64,000 nt of DNA, taken from the NCBI GenBank assembly GCA_029567325.1, contig JAKQLF010000055.1:1581-65580 (forward strand), read 5' to 3'. This DNA is from Bacteroidota bacterium (lineage in GTDB: Bacteria > Bacteroidota > Bacteroidia > Chitinophagales > Saprospiraceae). The position numbers and the translations under genes were made by a program. Shown here piece by piece: positions 18,471 through 28,377 of this stretch (position 1 is the first letter of the stretch; every line of letters begins with the position of its first letter). Below the pieces are notes generated by a model. It was not told the DNA's origin and made no database searches. It worked only from the letters and a program-made list of their open reading frames with translations.

Positions 18471-19667
18471 ATGCCTATTCGTCAAAAAATGTATGCACTC
18501 TTCGTGTTGAGTGTCATCAATTTCACCCATATTGTAGATTCTATGATCATCATGCCTTTGGGCGATACTTTCATACACGAATTTGACATTACGACTTTTC
18601 AATATTCATTTTTAGTTTCCTCATATGCGATTGCTGCTGCCATTGCCAGTCTGGTCGGCATTTTTTTCATAGACAGATATGATAGAAAAAAAGTGTTGCT
18701 ATTTTGTTACCTAGGTTTTGGCATTGGAACATTGATCTGTGCTTATAGTCCAGGTTATTATCTTTTAACTACTGCCAGGTTCTTTACTGGTCTATTTGGA
18801 GGGCTTATTGGTGCAATCGGATTAAGTATTGTGAGCGACTTATTTACCTTTCAAGAAAGAGGAAAAGCCATGGGATTTCTTTATGCAGCCTTCTCAGCTG
18901 CCTCTGCGTTTGGTGTACCGATTGGCATTTATCTAGCCGCGAAATCAAATTGGCAACTCCCTTTCCTAGTCATTGGAGGTTTAGCAATACTTATTTCTAT
19001 TTTGATTTATTTCACCTTCCCCAACCTTACGGCACACCTGTCTAAAATTCCTAAAAAGGTCAGTTTTAGTTCATTGACAAATATATTAGAGGATAAAAAT
19101 CAGGTCAATGCATTGTTAGCTGGTTTTGTTTTGGTCATGGCACATTTCATGATCATTCCATTTATCTCGCCTTTTATGATTAAAAACATAGGATTTAGTC
19201 CTGAGCAAATTTCACTGCAATTCATGTTGGGCGGCATTGCGACAATGATCACGTCACCTTATATTGGTAGAATGACGGATAAAATAGGTTTCATGAAAGT
19301 ATTCGTCGCCGTAATGACGCTAAGTTTTATCCCAACCATCATCATCACCAATTTGCAACCAGTTCCTGTAGGTATTGCCCTTATTTTTACAACGTTATTT
19401 TTTGTCTTTGGCAGCGGTAGAATGATCTCTCCAAACACCATCATTACGGCGAGCGCCCCAACTGTGACTCGGGGAAGTTTTATGGCTTTGAAATCTTCTT
19501 TACAACAACTTGCCATCGCCTTTACAGGTATAATTTCAGGAAACATCATTGCCATTGGCGCTGACGGGAAGTATGAAAACTACGCATATGTAGGAGCATT
19601 ATCAGTAATTTTGGGAATTGTCACTTTCTATTTTATCGCAAAACTGAAAGTTGCAGAAGGAAATTAA
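18471..19667 (+). CDS. MFS transporter
   Basis: 12-TM pattern with an MFS loop 2-3 motif (FIDRYDRKKV). Confidence 0.8.
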   Translation: MPIRQKMYALFVLSVINFTHIVDSMIIMPLGDTFIHEFDITTFQYSFLVSSYAIAAAIASLVGIFFIDRYDRKKVLLFCYLGFGIGTLICAYSPGYYLLTTARFFTGLFGGLIGAIGLSIVSDLFTFQERGKAMGFLYAAFSAASAFGVPIGIYLAAKSNWQLPFLVIGGLAILISILIYFTFPNLTAHLSKIPKKVSFSSLTNILEDKNQVNALLAGFVLVMAHFMIIPFISPFMIKNIGFSPEQISLQFMLGGIATMITSPYIGRMTDKIGFMKVFVAVMTLSFIPTIIITNLQPVPVGIALIFTTLFFVFGSGRMISPNTIITASAPTVTRGSFMALKSSLQQLAIAFTGIISGNIIAIGADGKYENYAYVGALSVILGIVTFYFIAKLKVAEGN

Positions 19668-19693
19668 TCTTGAACTGCTCTTTTAGTCTTTAT

Positions 19694-19737
19694 AGACGAG
19701 AGCAGAAAGACGAGAGCAGAAAGACGAGAGACGAAAG
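19694..19737. repeat. Purine-rich 14-bp tandem repeat (AGACGAGAGCAGAA x2, plus a degenerate third unit)
   Basis: Units at 19694-19707 and 19708-19721, then AGACGAGAGACGAAAG at 19722-19737. It starts 27 nt after the MFS stop codon. Confidence 0.85.
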
Positions 19738-19958
19738 TTCAATATGTGTCACTAACTTCAACTTTAAAATAATAATTGGCAATAAAAATGAATTAGAAAT
19801 GGCATTATTAGACTATTAAAGACCTAATTATTCTGTACTTATGGCTACAGGTACATGCCTTTTTTCCTTTTTCTCTGATCTTTTTTCTTTCGTCTTTTTT
19901 CTTCCCTACTATTATTTGTAGGATTGTATATATTTACCCTATCTAACCAATACTTGTA

Positions 19959-22900
19959 ATGATGAAACAAATCCAGCTCATAGCCTTGGCCTTGTTATTT
20001 TTTGGCTGTGCTACCGGTCAATCCAAAATAACAGACAGCACAAAAACTCCAAAAGCTGTAGTACCCTCTGAATACATCAGTGGACTCAAATTCCGGGCAA
20101 TAGGCCCCGCAGTTACTTCGGGAAGAATAGCAGATTTCGCAGTGAATCCAAAAAATCACAGTGAATATTATATCGCTGTTGCATCAGGAGGTGTTTGGAA
20201 AACCGTCAATAAGGGAACCACATTTACACCCATTTTTGATGGACAAGGCAGCTATTCCATAGGCTGCGTTGCATTGGATCCCCAACAACCTAACACTGTA
20301 TGGGTAGGAACGGGTGAAAACAATAACCAAAGGTCTGTAGCTTATGGTGATGGGGTCTATAAAAGTGATGACGGAGGCAAGACTTGGCAAAATATGGGTT
20401 TGAAAACCTCTGAACATATTGCAAACATTGCCATTCATCCAAGTAATTCAAATATAGTTTATGTTGCAGCCTATGGCCCTGTTTGGAGTGAAGGAGGGGA
20501 AAGAGGTGTTTATAAAACCATTGACGGAGGTAAGACCTGGACACTTGTAAAATCTGTTAGCAAATATACCGGGTGTAATAATCTATTAATGGACCCGAGT
20601 AATCCAGATATACTTTATGCAGCTTTCCATCAAAGGATGAGAAAAGTATATACTTATATTGGGGGTGGTCCGGAAACAGGCGTTTATAAATCTACAGATG
20701 GAGGAAGCACATGGACAGCCTTGAAAAATGGTTTGCCTAGCGGAGATCTTGGTAGAATAGGTATAGCGGTTAGTTCAGTAGATCCAAATAAAGTATATGC
20801 CGTTGTTGAATCAGATGAAAATGGTGGTATTTATAGGTCTACCAACAAAGGTGCTTCCTGGTCAAAAATGAGCAGTGTCAATACTAGTGGCAATTATTAT
20901 CAAGAAATAGATTGCGACCCACACAATGCAGATAAAATCTACATTACGGATACTTACTATAAAGTCAGTTACGACGGTGGTAAAACGGTAAGTAATCTAG
21001 GAGAAATCAACAAACACATAGACAATCACGCCATCTGGGTGGATCCCAATGACCCACAACATTTAATGGTGGGATGTGACGGTGGCATCTATGAAACTTA
21101 TGATCATGCAGGTACATGGGACTTTAAAAGCAACTTGTCCGTCACCCAGTTCTATAAAGTATCTACGGACAATGAATATCCATTCTACAATGTTCATGGT
21201 GGTACACAAGACAACTTTTCTTTAGGAGGACCATCTAGAACCACTTCTATGAATGGTATAACCAATGCTGACTGGTATGTGACTTCTGCAGGTGATGGTT
21301 TTGAAACCCAAGTTGACCCTACTGACCCAAACATCATTTATGCACAAGCACAATATGGCGCGCTTTCAAGATTTGACCGTAGAAATGGCGAATATTTATT
21401 TATACAACCGATCGAAGGAAAGGGTGAGCCTGCCTTGAGGTGGAACTGGGATGCTCCGCTACAAATCAGTAGCCATGATCACAAAAGGCTTTATTTTGGT
21501 GCAAATAAAGTTTATCGGACAGATGATCAAGGCAATAATTGGAGAGCCATCAGTCCCGATTTATCTAGACAATTGGACAGAAACACTTTTGAAGTAATGG
21601 GTAAAGTTTGGTCTGTTGATGCTATTGCAAAAAATCAAAGTACCGATATTTTTGGGCAGACAACTACCCTTTCAGAATCTACTTTGGATGAAAATATCAT
21701 TTGGGCAGGCACAGATGATGGTTTGATCCACCTGACTCAGGATGGAGGTAAAACCTGGACCAAATTTGATAATATCATGGGAGTGCCAGCAATGACTTAT
21801 GTTCATCAAATCATTGCTTCAGTCCACAATAAGTCTACTGCATATGTCTGTTTCAACCATCATAGATATGGAGATTTCAGCCCTTATGTTTTTAAGACCA
21901 TAGATAGTGGAAAAACATGGCAAAACATCACCGCAGATTTACCCAAAAGAGGCAGTGTTTACTCCATTGCTGAAGATCATCTAGATCCCAGCTTATTATT
22001 TGTAGGAACGGAATTTGGTGTTTTTTTCTCTCACAATGCTGGGGTGAACTGGACGCAACTCAAAGCTGGATTGCCTACTATTGCTGTCAGAGATTTAGAA
22101 ATTCAAAGAAGGGAAAACGACTTGATTTTAGCCACTTTTGGCCGAGGTTTTTATATTTTGGACGACTATTCTCCACTGAGACACATCAACAAAATTTCTA
22201 CTGCTGAGAATGGGCTCATTCTGCCTATCAAAGAGGCGTTGTTGTACATCGAGAGAAAACCATTGGGCTTGCGCGATAAAGGACATTTGGGAAGTAGTTA
22301 TTTTAGCACACCCAACCCACAAGTAGGTAGCGTGATTACTTATTATCTCAAAAATGAACTCAAAAATCGAGCTGATAAAAGGAAAGAAGTCGAGAAAATG
22401 AAGCTTGAAAAAGGTGAAAAAATTAGTTATCCAAGTCCTGATAGTATGCGTGCGGAAGACAATGACATAGATCCTTATTTGTTATTTACCATCACAGACG
22501 CCAATGGGAAGGTGATGAGACAAATCAAACAAAGCCCCAAAAAAGGGCTCAATCGCATGGTTTGGGATTTTAGAATGTCAGATTACAGTCCTGTTGAAGG
22601 CCGTTACACACCTAGACCAGATCAGCTTTTTGGTTCGGGCACCTTGGGTGCTATGGTAACACCTGGTAAATACGGAGTGGTCATGCAACAATACGTTGAT
22701 GGTGAATTAACCACTTTAACGCCTGTAGTAAATTTTGAGTGCAAGGCTCTAAACGTCGCCAGCATTCCTAATCCCAGTCCTCAAGACAACTTACAATTTA
22801 CTGAGCAAGTCATAACACTTTCCAGAAAACTTGATCATAGTGGAACCAAGCTCAGTAAAATTCAAAGCATGTTGAAGTCTATTGACAAGGCCGTTCTAGA

Positions 22901-23225
22901 CATGCCAGCTTTAGGAAATGATATTTTGAAGACGTCATATACACTCGGTAAAGAATTGAATGAACTAAAATTAAAAATGAATGGTGACGCTTCAATGGCA
23001 AGAAGACAATTTGAAACGGCACCAAGTATCAATGGGCGAGTAGGAACAATTTTGGGCGTCGTGGTTACTTCAACTGCCCCAGTTCCAGGAATTTACAAAG
23101 AATCTTACAATACAGCTTTGTCAGAATTTGAAATGGTTGCTCCGAAAGTGGATGCCTTGTATGAAAAAGTAATTGACTTAGTCAAAAAGGTTGATGCTGC
23201 TGGCGGGCCATACATCGATAGATAA
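19959..23225 (+). CDS. BNR/Asp-box repeat (sortilin/VPS10-like) beta-propeller protein, often annotated as a glycosyl hydrolase
   Basis: 1088 aa with a signal/lipoprotein-like N-terminus (LLFFGCATGQ). It has many SxDxGxTW Asp-box motifs: SDDGGKTW, TIDGGKTW, STDGGSTW, SYDGGKT, TQDGGKTW, TIDSGKTW. Confidence 0.8.
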   Translation: MMKQIQLIALALLFFGCATGQSKITDSTKTPKAVVPSEYISGLKFRAIGPAVTSGRIADFAVNPKNHSEYYIAVASGGVWKTVNKGTTFTPIFDGQGSYSIGCVALDPQQPNTVWVGTGENNNQRSVAYGDGVYKSDDGGKTWQNMGLKTSEHIANIAIHPSNSNIVYVAAYGPVWSEGGERGVYKTIDGGKTWTLVKSVSKYTGCNNLLMDPSNPDILYAAFHQRMRKVYTYIGGGPETGVYKSTDGGSTWTALKNGLPSGDLGRIGIAVSSVDPNKVYAVVESDENGGIYRSTNKGASWSKMSSVNTSGNYYQEIDCDPHNADKIYITDTYYKVSYDGGKTVSNLGEINKHIDNHAIWVDPNDPQHLMVGCDGGIYETYDHAGTWDFKSNLSVTQFYKVSTDNEYPFYNVHGGTQDNFSLGGPSRTTSMNGITNADWYVTSAGDGFETQVDPTDPNIIYAQAQYGALSRFDRRNGEYLFIQPIEGKGEPALRWNWDAPLQISSHDHKRLYFGANKVYRTDDQGNNWRAISPDLSRQLDRNTFEVMGKVWSVDAIAKNQSTDIFGQTTTLSESTLDENIIWAGTDDGLIHLTQDGGKTWTKFDNIMGVPAMTYVHQIIASVHNKSTAYVCFNHHRYGDFSPYVFKTIDSGKTWQNITADLPKRGSVYSIAEDHLDPSLLFVGTEFGVFFSHNAGVNWTQLKAGLPTIAVRDLEIQRRENDLILATFGRGFYILDDYSPLRHINKISTAENGLILPIKEALLYIERKPLGLRDKGHLGSSYFSTPNPQVGSVITYYLKNELKNRADKRKEVEKMKLEKGEKISYPSPDSMRAEDNDIDPYLLFTITDANGKVMRQIKQSPKKGLNRMVWDFRMSDYSPVEGRYTPRPDQLFGSGTLGAMVTPGKYGVVMQQYVDGELTTLTPVVNFECKALNVASIPNPSPQDNLQFTEQVITLSRKLDHSGTKLSKIQSMLKSIDKAVLDMPALGNDILKTSYTLGKELNELKLKMNGDASMARRQFETAPSINGRVGTILGVVVTSTAPVPGIYKESYNTALSEFEMVAPKVDALYEKVIDLVKKVDAAGGPYIDR

Positions 23226-23264
23226 TATTGGTTTACATTTTGGATAAAAACTAAAAAATAAGGA

Positions 23265-23786
23265 ATGGCCTCGATCATTGGACATGCAGCGGTTGCTTAT
23301 GCCTTATCAAAGGCCCTTCCTCATTCAGATAAAAAGAATGCAATTGTAACAGTAGGAGTTTTGGCTTCCATGTTACCTGATTTGGACGTTTTGAGTTTCA
23401 AATTTGGAATAGCCTATGAGTCTCCTTTAGGCCACAGAGGATTTACCCATTCTTTGTTATTTGCCATTTTGCTCGGTTTAATTTTGATGTCTGTTTTTAA
23501 AAAATATGGAAAGCAATGGCTACTCTTTCTTTATTTTTTCCTTTGCACGATGTCTCATGGAATCCTAGATGCATGCACAACAGGAGGCAGAGGAGTCGGA
23601 TTCCTTATTCCCTTCAAAAATGAGCGCTATTTCTTTCCTTGGCAAGTAATCAAAGTTTCTCCTTTGGGTGTAGAAAAATTTTTCTCTAGATGGGGTTTGG
23701 AAGTCTTGCTCAGCGAATTGATTTGGATCGGTTTGCCTTGTTTGTTATTTGTTCTAATGATAAGAATACTAACCACTATTAAATGA
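23265..23786 (+). CDS. Membrane-bound metal-dependent hydrolase (YdjM/DUF457 family)
   Basis: MASIIGHAAVAYAL..., LPDLDV, GHRGFTHS, and four TM segments. Confidence 0.7.
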   Translation: MASIIGHAAVAYALSKALPHSDKKNAIVTVGVLASMLPDLDVLSFKFGIAYESPLGHRGFTHSLLFAILLGLILMSVFKKYGKQWLLFLYFFLCTMSHGILDACTTGGRGVGFLIPFKNERYFFPWQVIKVSPLGVEKFFSRWGLEVLLSELIWIGLPCLLFVLMIRILTTIK

Positions 23787-23925
23787 TTAATCGAATTGGG
23801 GCCTGAGATAACCCTCTGCCAATCAAGGTAAAACAAATAGCCGCAAAGCCTTTTATTACTTTATTCCTCAAATTCTCGAAACTCGAAAAAAGCTCGCATC
23901 TCTTGGCTCGGAGCTCGTTGCAAAA

Positions 23926-23982
23926 AAACTGACCGCTGAAAACTGAAAACTGAAAGCTGATCGCCGAAAACTGACAACTCCT
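23926..23982. repeat. CTGA-word short repeat tract (CTGACCG CTGAAAA CTGAAAA CTGAAAG CTGATCGCCGAAAA CTGACAA)
   Basis: Read directly. It is preceded at 23862-23920 by a CTCG-word tract (CTCGAAACTCGAAAAAAGCTCG...GGCTCGGAGCTCG). A related copy in reverse orientation lies at 63956-63990. Confidence 0.7.
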
Positions 23983-24104
23983 CCTTACATATAGCTATTA
24001 TCTTAATATATCCTTCTTAATGCCTTAACATACTGATACACATAGCGTAACATTACCACCTTATCATTGCCAAATAATTTATTGATATTAATTTTTATTT
24101 TAAT

Positions 24105-24965
24105 ATGAGGGATTTGGAAGTAGTGATAATGAGTGATTTACATTTGGGTTCTTATGGTTGTCAGCCCATTCCTATTGCCAATTATCTCAACAGCATAAAC
24201 CCTAAAATGCTCATACTCAATGGAGATATTGTAGATATCTGGCGATTTAGAAAAAATTATTTCCCTGAGACGCATATAGAAATCATCAACATCATTCTCA
24301 AAAAAATAAAAAACGGAACTACTGTCTACTACCTTACTGGCAACCATGATGAAGCTTTACGGAAATTCAGCGATTTCAATTTGGAAAACTTTCATTTGGT
24401 TGATAAATTAAAAATTAAAATCAATGACGAAACCTATTGGATTTTTCATGGCGATGTATTTGATTCATTCAACAAAGGATGGACCAAACTCATTGCAAAA
24501 ACAGGAAGTATAGGCTACGATATGCTCATTTTGCTCAACCGGATTATCAACACCATGTTGGTCAAAATGGGAAAAAGTAGGCGATCTTTTTCAAAAAAAA
24601 TAAAAAATAGTGTCAAATCAGCCATTAAGTGGATCACTGATTTTGAACTTACTGCAGCCGAATTGGCCATTGAAAATGAATTTGACTATGTAATCTGTGG
24701 TCACATCCACGCACCTTGCATAAAAAAAATAGAAAATGAAATCGGGTCTACCATTTATATGAATGCTGGTGATTGGGTAGAAAACCTAACTGCACTAGAG
24801 TATCAACAAAATTCCTGGAAAATATATCGGTATTTGGAGCATCAATCTGAGTTTGAAATTTCTGAAATTCAACCAGAGTTAACACCAAAAGCAGTCAAAA
24901 TATCATTCAAAAAAGACATTGCCAGCTTGGCTGCTCAGCTCAATCTATACACCAAATTTTTCTAA
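24105..24965 (+). CDS. LpxH-like calcineurin-type metallophosphoesterase (UDP-2,3-diacylglucosamine diphosphatase family)
   Basis: Metallophosphoesterase motifs SDLHLG, NGDIVD, GNHD, HGD and GHIH. Confidence 0.75.
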   Translation: MRDLEVVIMSDLHLGSYGCQPIPIANYLNSINPKMLILNGDIVDIWRFRKNYFPETHIEIINIILKKIKNGTTVYYLTGNHDEALRKFSDFNLENFHLVDKLKIKINDETYWIFHGDVFDSFNKGWTKLIAKTGSIGYDMLILLNRIINTMLVKMGKSRRSFSKKIKNSVKSAIKWITDFELTAAELAIENEFDYVICGHIHAPCIKKIENEIGSTIYMNAGDWVENLTALEYQQNSWKIYRYLEHQSEFEISEIQPELTPKAVKISFKKDIASLAAQLNLYTKFF

Positions 24966-24975
24966 AAAGACTATT

Positions 24976-25965
24976 ATGAAAATATTGTACGCGATCCAAG
25001 CTACCGGAAATGGTCACATCAGCAGGGCTCAATATGTCATACCACATTTGGAAAAATATGGCCATGTTGACACCTTGGTCAGTGGAAGTAATGCAACGTT
25101 ACAGCCAAATTTCGCAGTCACCTATAAAAGCTGTGGGATGAGTCTATTTTATAAAAAATGTGGCTCCATTGATAAAACTGCATTGTTCTACAAAAACAAT
25201 TATGCAAAGGCTATCAAAGACGCCATTGACCTACCTGTCAAAAATTACGACCTCATCATCAATGATTTTGATTTTGTAACCGCACTCGCTTGTAAGATTA
25301 GAGGTAAAAGATCCGTGCAATTTGGACATCAAGCAAGCTTCATGAGTGATCACGCACCCAGACCAGCACAAAAAAGCATAGCCGGTGAATTTGTTCTTGC
25401 CAATTATGCTAGAGCTACTCAATATGTGGGACTTCATTTCCAAAAATACGATGACTTCATTTTTCCAGCGGTGATCAAACCTGAAATAATCAATGCCACA
25501 CCCAAAGATCATGGTCACATTACGATCTATTTACCTTCCTACGATGACGATTGTTTTAAATCAGAAATCAAAAAGTTGAAACATTTGAGATTTGAATGGT
25601 TTGACAAAGGAGTTTCTAGACCAAAGGTGGAGGGAAACATTACTTTTTTTCCAATCAGTAATGAATTATTTACCAAAAGTATGATCAATTGCCACGGCAT
25701 CATCACTGGAGGTGGTTTTGAGACACCTGCAGAAGCACTCTATATGAAAAAGCGGATTTTGGCAGTTCCAATAAACGGTCAATATGAGCAACAATGCAAT
25801 GCTGCAGCTTTGGAGAAAATGGGTGTACCAACTATTCTAAACATCGACAATAAAACAATCGGCAAACAAATCAACCAATGGTTGGACATGGCTTGGAATA
25901 TTCCAACCATTGAAAGCAATAAATTGGAAGATACCATTGACTACATTGTAAATGCTCAAATATAA
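24976..25965 (+). CDS. Glycosyltransferase (MJ1255 / GT-B family)
   Basis: I start the gene at MKILYAIQATGNGHISRA (ATG 24976), the typical N-terminus of this GT family. A C-terminal GGGFETPAEAL nucleotide-sugar-binding motif is present. Confidence 0.7.
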   Translation: MKILYAIQATGNGHISRAQYVIPHLEKYGHVDTLVSGSNATLQPNFAVTYKSCGMSLFYKKCGSIDKTALFYKNNYAKAIKDAIDLPVKNYDLIINDFDFVTALACKIRGKRSVQFGHQASFMSDHAPRPAQKSIAGEFVLANYARATQYVGLHFQKYDDFIFPAVIKPEIINATPKDHGHITIYLPSYDDDCFKSEIKKLKHLRFEWFDKGVSRPKVEGNITFFPISNELFTKSMINCHGIITGGGFETPAEALYMKKRILAVPINGQYEQQCNAAALEKMGVPTILNIDNKTIGKQINQWLDMAWNIPTIESNKLEDTIDYIVNAQI

Positions 25966-25983
25966 ATAGCATCCAAAACGTGA

Positions 25984-26607
25984 TTATCTGTCAAAAAAAG
26001 AAAGATGATTTTTTAGGTAACCAACCATGATTTTGAGCCCCATACTATAGTTTTTTGAATTATTGATGATGACATCCACCTCGTCCTTGTGGGGATAAAT
26101 GTATTTTTCATAAGCCGGCAAAACGTGATTTTGGTATCGGTAAAGCACATCTTCCAGTGGATAATTTCTTTCGATTCTATCTCTATGAATACGCCTTATA
26201 ATTTTGTCACTCATTTTTGCATTGATCAATAATTTCAAATCCAATTGGTCAAATATTTCCTTCATATGGAAAACAAAAAGTCCTTCAATGACCACAATCG
26301 GTGCTGGTGGAAAAACAAGCATTCTTGGATCTTTTTCACTGTTATTAAAAGTGTACTCCTGTCTTTTTACTTCTACTCCTGCCTTGATCAACTTGATGTC
26401 TCTTTCAAATTCATCTAAATGAAATGCATCTGGAACATCAAAATTGGTAATCCCATTGTCATCAGTTGCTATTTCACGTCTGTTTCTATAATAATCGTCT
26501 TGGGAAATGACGCAAATCTGATCCTTATCAAATTGCGCACAAAGTTCATTGATGAATGAAGTTTTACCAGATCCACTTCCTCCTGAGATACCTATCAATA
26601 ATGACAT
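25984..26607 (-). CDS. udk: Uridine kinase
   Basis: P-loop GISGGSGSGKTS, and length and layout typical of Udk. Confidence 0.85.
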   Translation of the reverse strand: MSLLIGISGGSGSGKTSFINELCAQFDKDQICVISQDDYYRNRREIATDDNGITNFDVPDAFHLDEFERDIKLIKAGVEVKRQEYTFNNSEKDPRMLVFPPAPIVVIEGLFVFHMKEIFDQLDLKLLINAKMSDKIIRRIHRDRIERNYPLEDVLYRYQNHVLPAYEKYIYPHKDEVDVIINNSKNYSMGLKIMVGYLKNHLSFFDR

Positions 26608-26693
26608 AGTAATGTGTGTTTTATAATGAAGTTACAAAAATTAGAATTATTTCAATATTTTACGGCCTAAATGCAATCATTTCAAAAACTATT

Positions 26694-27998
26694 ATGGAGA
26701 TCATTACAAGTGTTGGTAGAGGAATTTTAGGCCTGTTTGTGTTACTTGGAGCGTGTTACCTGTTGAGTACCAATAGAAAAGCTATATCGTGGAAGCTGGT
26801 AATTATGGGGACTGCCTTGCAATTTATCCTGGCTTTATTGATCTTAAAGATACCTTTTGTTTCAACCATGTTTGACTGGCTTGCTAGTATGTTTGAGAAA
26901 ACGTTACGCTTTGCCCAAACAGGAGCAGAATTTTTATTCTCGGGATTGGTTTCAGACACCAGTACTTTTGGTTACATCTTTGCCTTTCAAGTATTACCAA
27001 CCATAGTTTTTTTCTCTGCTTTATCTTCCATGTTATATTATTTTGGCATACTGCAGAAAATAGTATACGGTATGGCGTGGATAATGGCCAAAACTATGGG
27101 CTTATCTGGGCCAGAAAGTTTGGCCGCTGCTGCTAATATTTTTATTGGTCAAACCGAAGCTCCTTTAGTTGTCAAACCTTATCTAGCAGGGATGACCAGA
27201 TCGGAAATCATGTGTTTGATGTGTGGAGGAATGGCTACAATTGCTGGTGGTGTATTTGCTGCCTATATAGGATTCCTGGGCGGTGAAGATCCAGTAATGC
27301 GGCTCTATTTTGCAAAACACTTATTGACTGCTTCCATTATTTCAGCACCTGCGGCTATCGTGGCGGCTAAAATGTTGGTACCTGAGGAGATAGATAAAAC
27401 GATTGACCAGCAAATGAAAATGGAAAAAACAGATGCCACCAATGTTTTAGACGCAATAGCTACTGGTACAACAGATGGTTTAAAATTGGCAGTCAATGTG
27501 GGTGTCATGCTTTTGGTATTTACAGCTTTGGTTGCATTGGCAAATCAAATGCTCATGAAATTTGTGGGAAGTTGGACAGGGCTCAATGAATATGTAGTTT
27601 CCTCTACGGGGGGACGGTTTGCAGGTTTTGATTTTACCTATGTCCTCGGCATGTTGTTTTCACCCATTGCATGGATCTTAGGCACACCTGCTGCAGATGT
27701 TTTGACGGTAGGTCAGCTACTAGGCCAAAAAACGGTGCTAAACGAATTCATAGCGTATAAAGAACTCAATGATATTCGTACAGCAAATATACCGATTGAT
27801 CCAAAGTCAGTGCTGATCGCCACATATGCCTTGTGCGGATTTTCAAATTTTGCATCTATCGGCATACAAATTGGTGGTATAAGTGCCATTGCTCCCGGCC
27901 AACGAAAAAACCTTACGGAGCTGGGAATCAAAGCATTGATTGGTGGCACTATTGCGTGTTTCCTTACTGCGGTTATTGCAGGAATGTTATTTGGTTAG
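26694..27998 (+). CDS. NupC/NupG-family concentrative nucleoside transporter
   Basis: The polytopic sequence has conserved CNT blocks (ANIFIGQTEAPL, GGMATIAGG, ALCGFSNFASIGIQIGG). The ATG at 26694 was chosen. It is divergent from udk. Confidence 0.85.
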   Translation: MEIITSVGRGILGLFVLLGACYLLSTNRKAISWKLVIMGTALQFILALLILKIPFVSTMFDWLASMFEKTLRFAQTGAEFLFSGLVSDTSTFGYIFAFQVLPTIVFFSALSSMLYYFGILQKIVYGMAWIMAKTMGLSGPESLAAAANIFIGQTEAPLVVKPYLAGMTRSEIMCLMCGGMATIAGGVFAAYIGFLGGEDPVMRLYFAKHLLTASIISAPAAIVAAKMLVPEEIDKTIDQQMKMEKTDATNVLDAIATGTTDGLKLAVNVGVMLLVFTALVALANQMLMKFVGSWTGLNEYVVSSTGGRFAGFDFTYVLGMLFSPIAWILGTPAADVLTVGQLLGQKTVLNEFIAYKELNDIRTANIPIDPKSVLIATYALCGFSNFASIGIQIGGISAIAPGQRKNLTELGIKALIGGTIACFLTAVIAGMLFG

Positions 27999-28084
27999 AT
28001 CTTATTTTAAAAAATAAAGGATAAACGCTAAGCTCAAGGTTATTCGTTCCAACAAATAGAACTAAAATCTTTTGCAAAAAATAG

Positions 28085-28114
28085 TTGCGAAACACATTAA
28101 AACTTTTAGATTTG
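28085..28114 (+). promoter_or_regulatory. Candidate Bacteroidota promoter (TTG, 19 nt, TAGATTTG) for the SAM riboswitch and metX
   Basis: TTG at 28085-28087 and a TAnnTTTG box at 28107-28114, about 50 nt upstream of the riboswitch P1. Confidence 0.35.
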
Positions 28115-28165
28115 TGCCTTCGAAAAAGAGATTCCGACTTCTATAGCTGAAGTATTATTTGTGAT

Positions 28166-28263
28166 CTTTTATAACGATGAGGTGAGAGAACAGGCTCAAT
28201 GACCCTCAGGCAACCTACGATGAGCAAGGTGCCAAATCCTGCCCGATATTGGGAAATATAAAC
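28166..28263 (+). promoter_or_regulatory. SAM-I riboswitch
   Basis: TTATAACGATGAGGTGAGAGAACAGGCTCAATGACCCTCAGGCAACC...AAGGTGCCAAATCCTGCCCGATATTGGGAAATATAA matches the S-box core: the GAGGGA-like element, the GCAACC and AAGGTGCCAA elements, and P1 TTATA/TATAA. It lies upstream of metX. Confidence 0.8.
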
Positions 28264-28377
28264 TGACAATTGAATGAAAAAAACTGGTATTGCCTTCAAC
28301 TATTTTTCCACTGATGTAACATTCGTCATCAAACACTACAGTTCTCTATTTTCCAATTTTTCAAGTGTTTTGTACTA

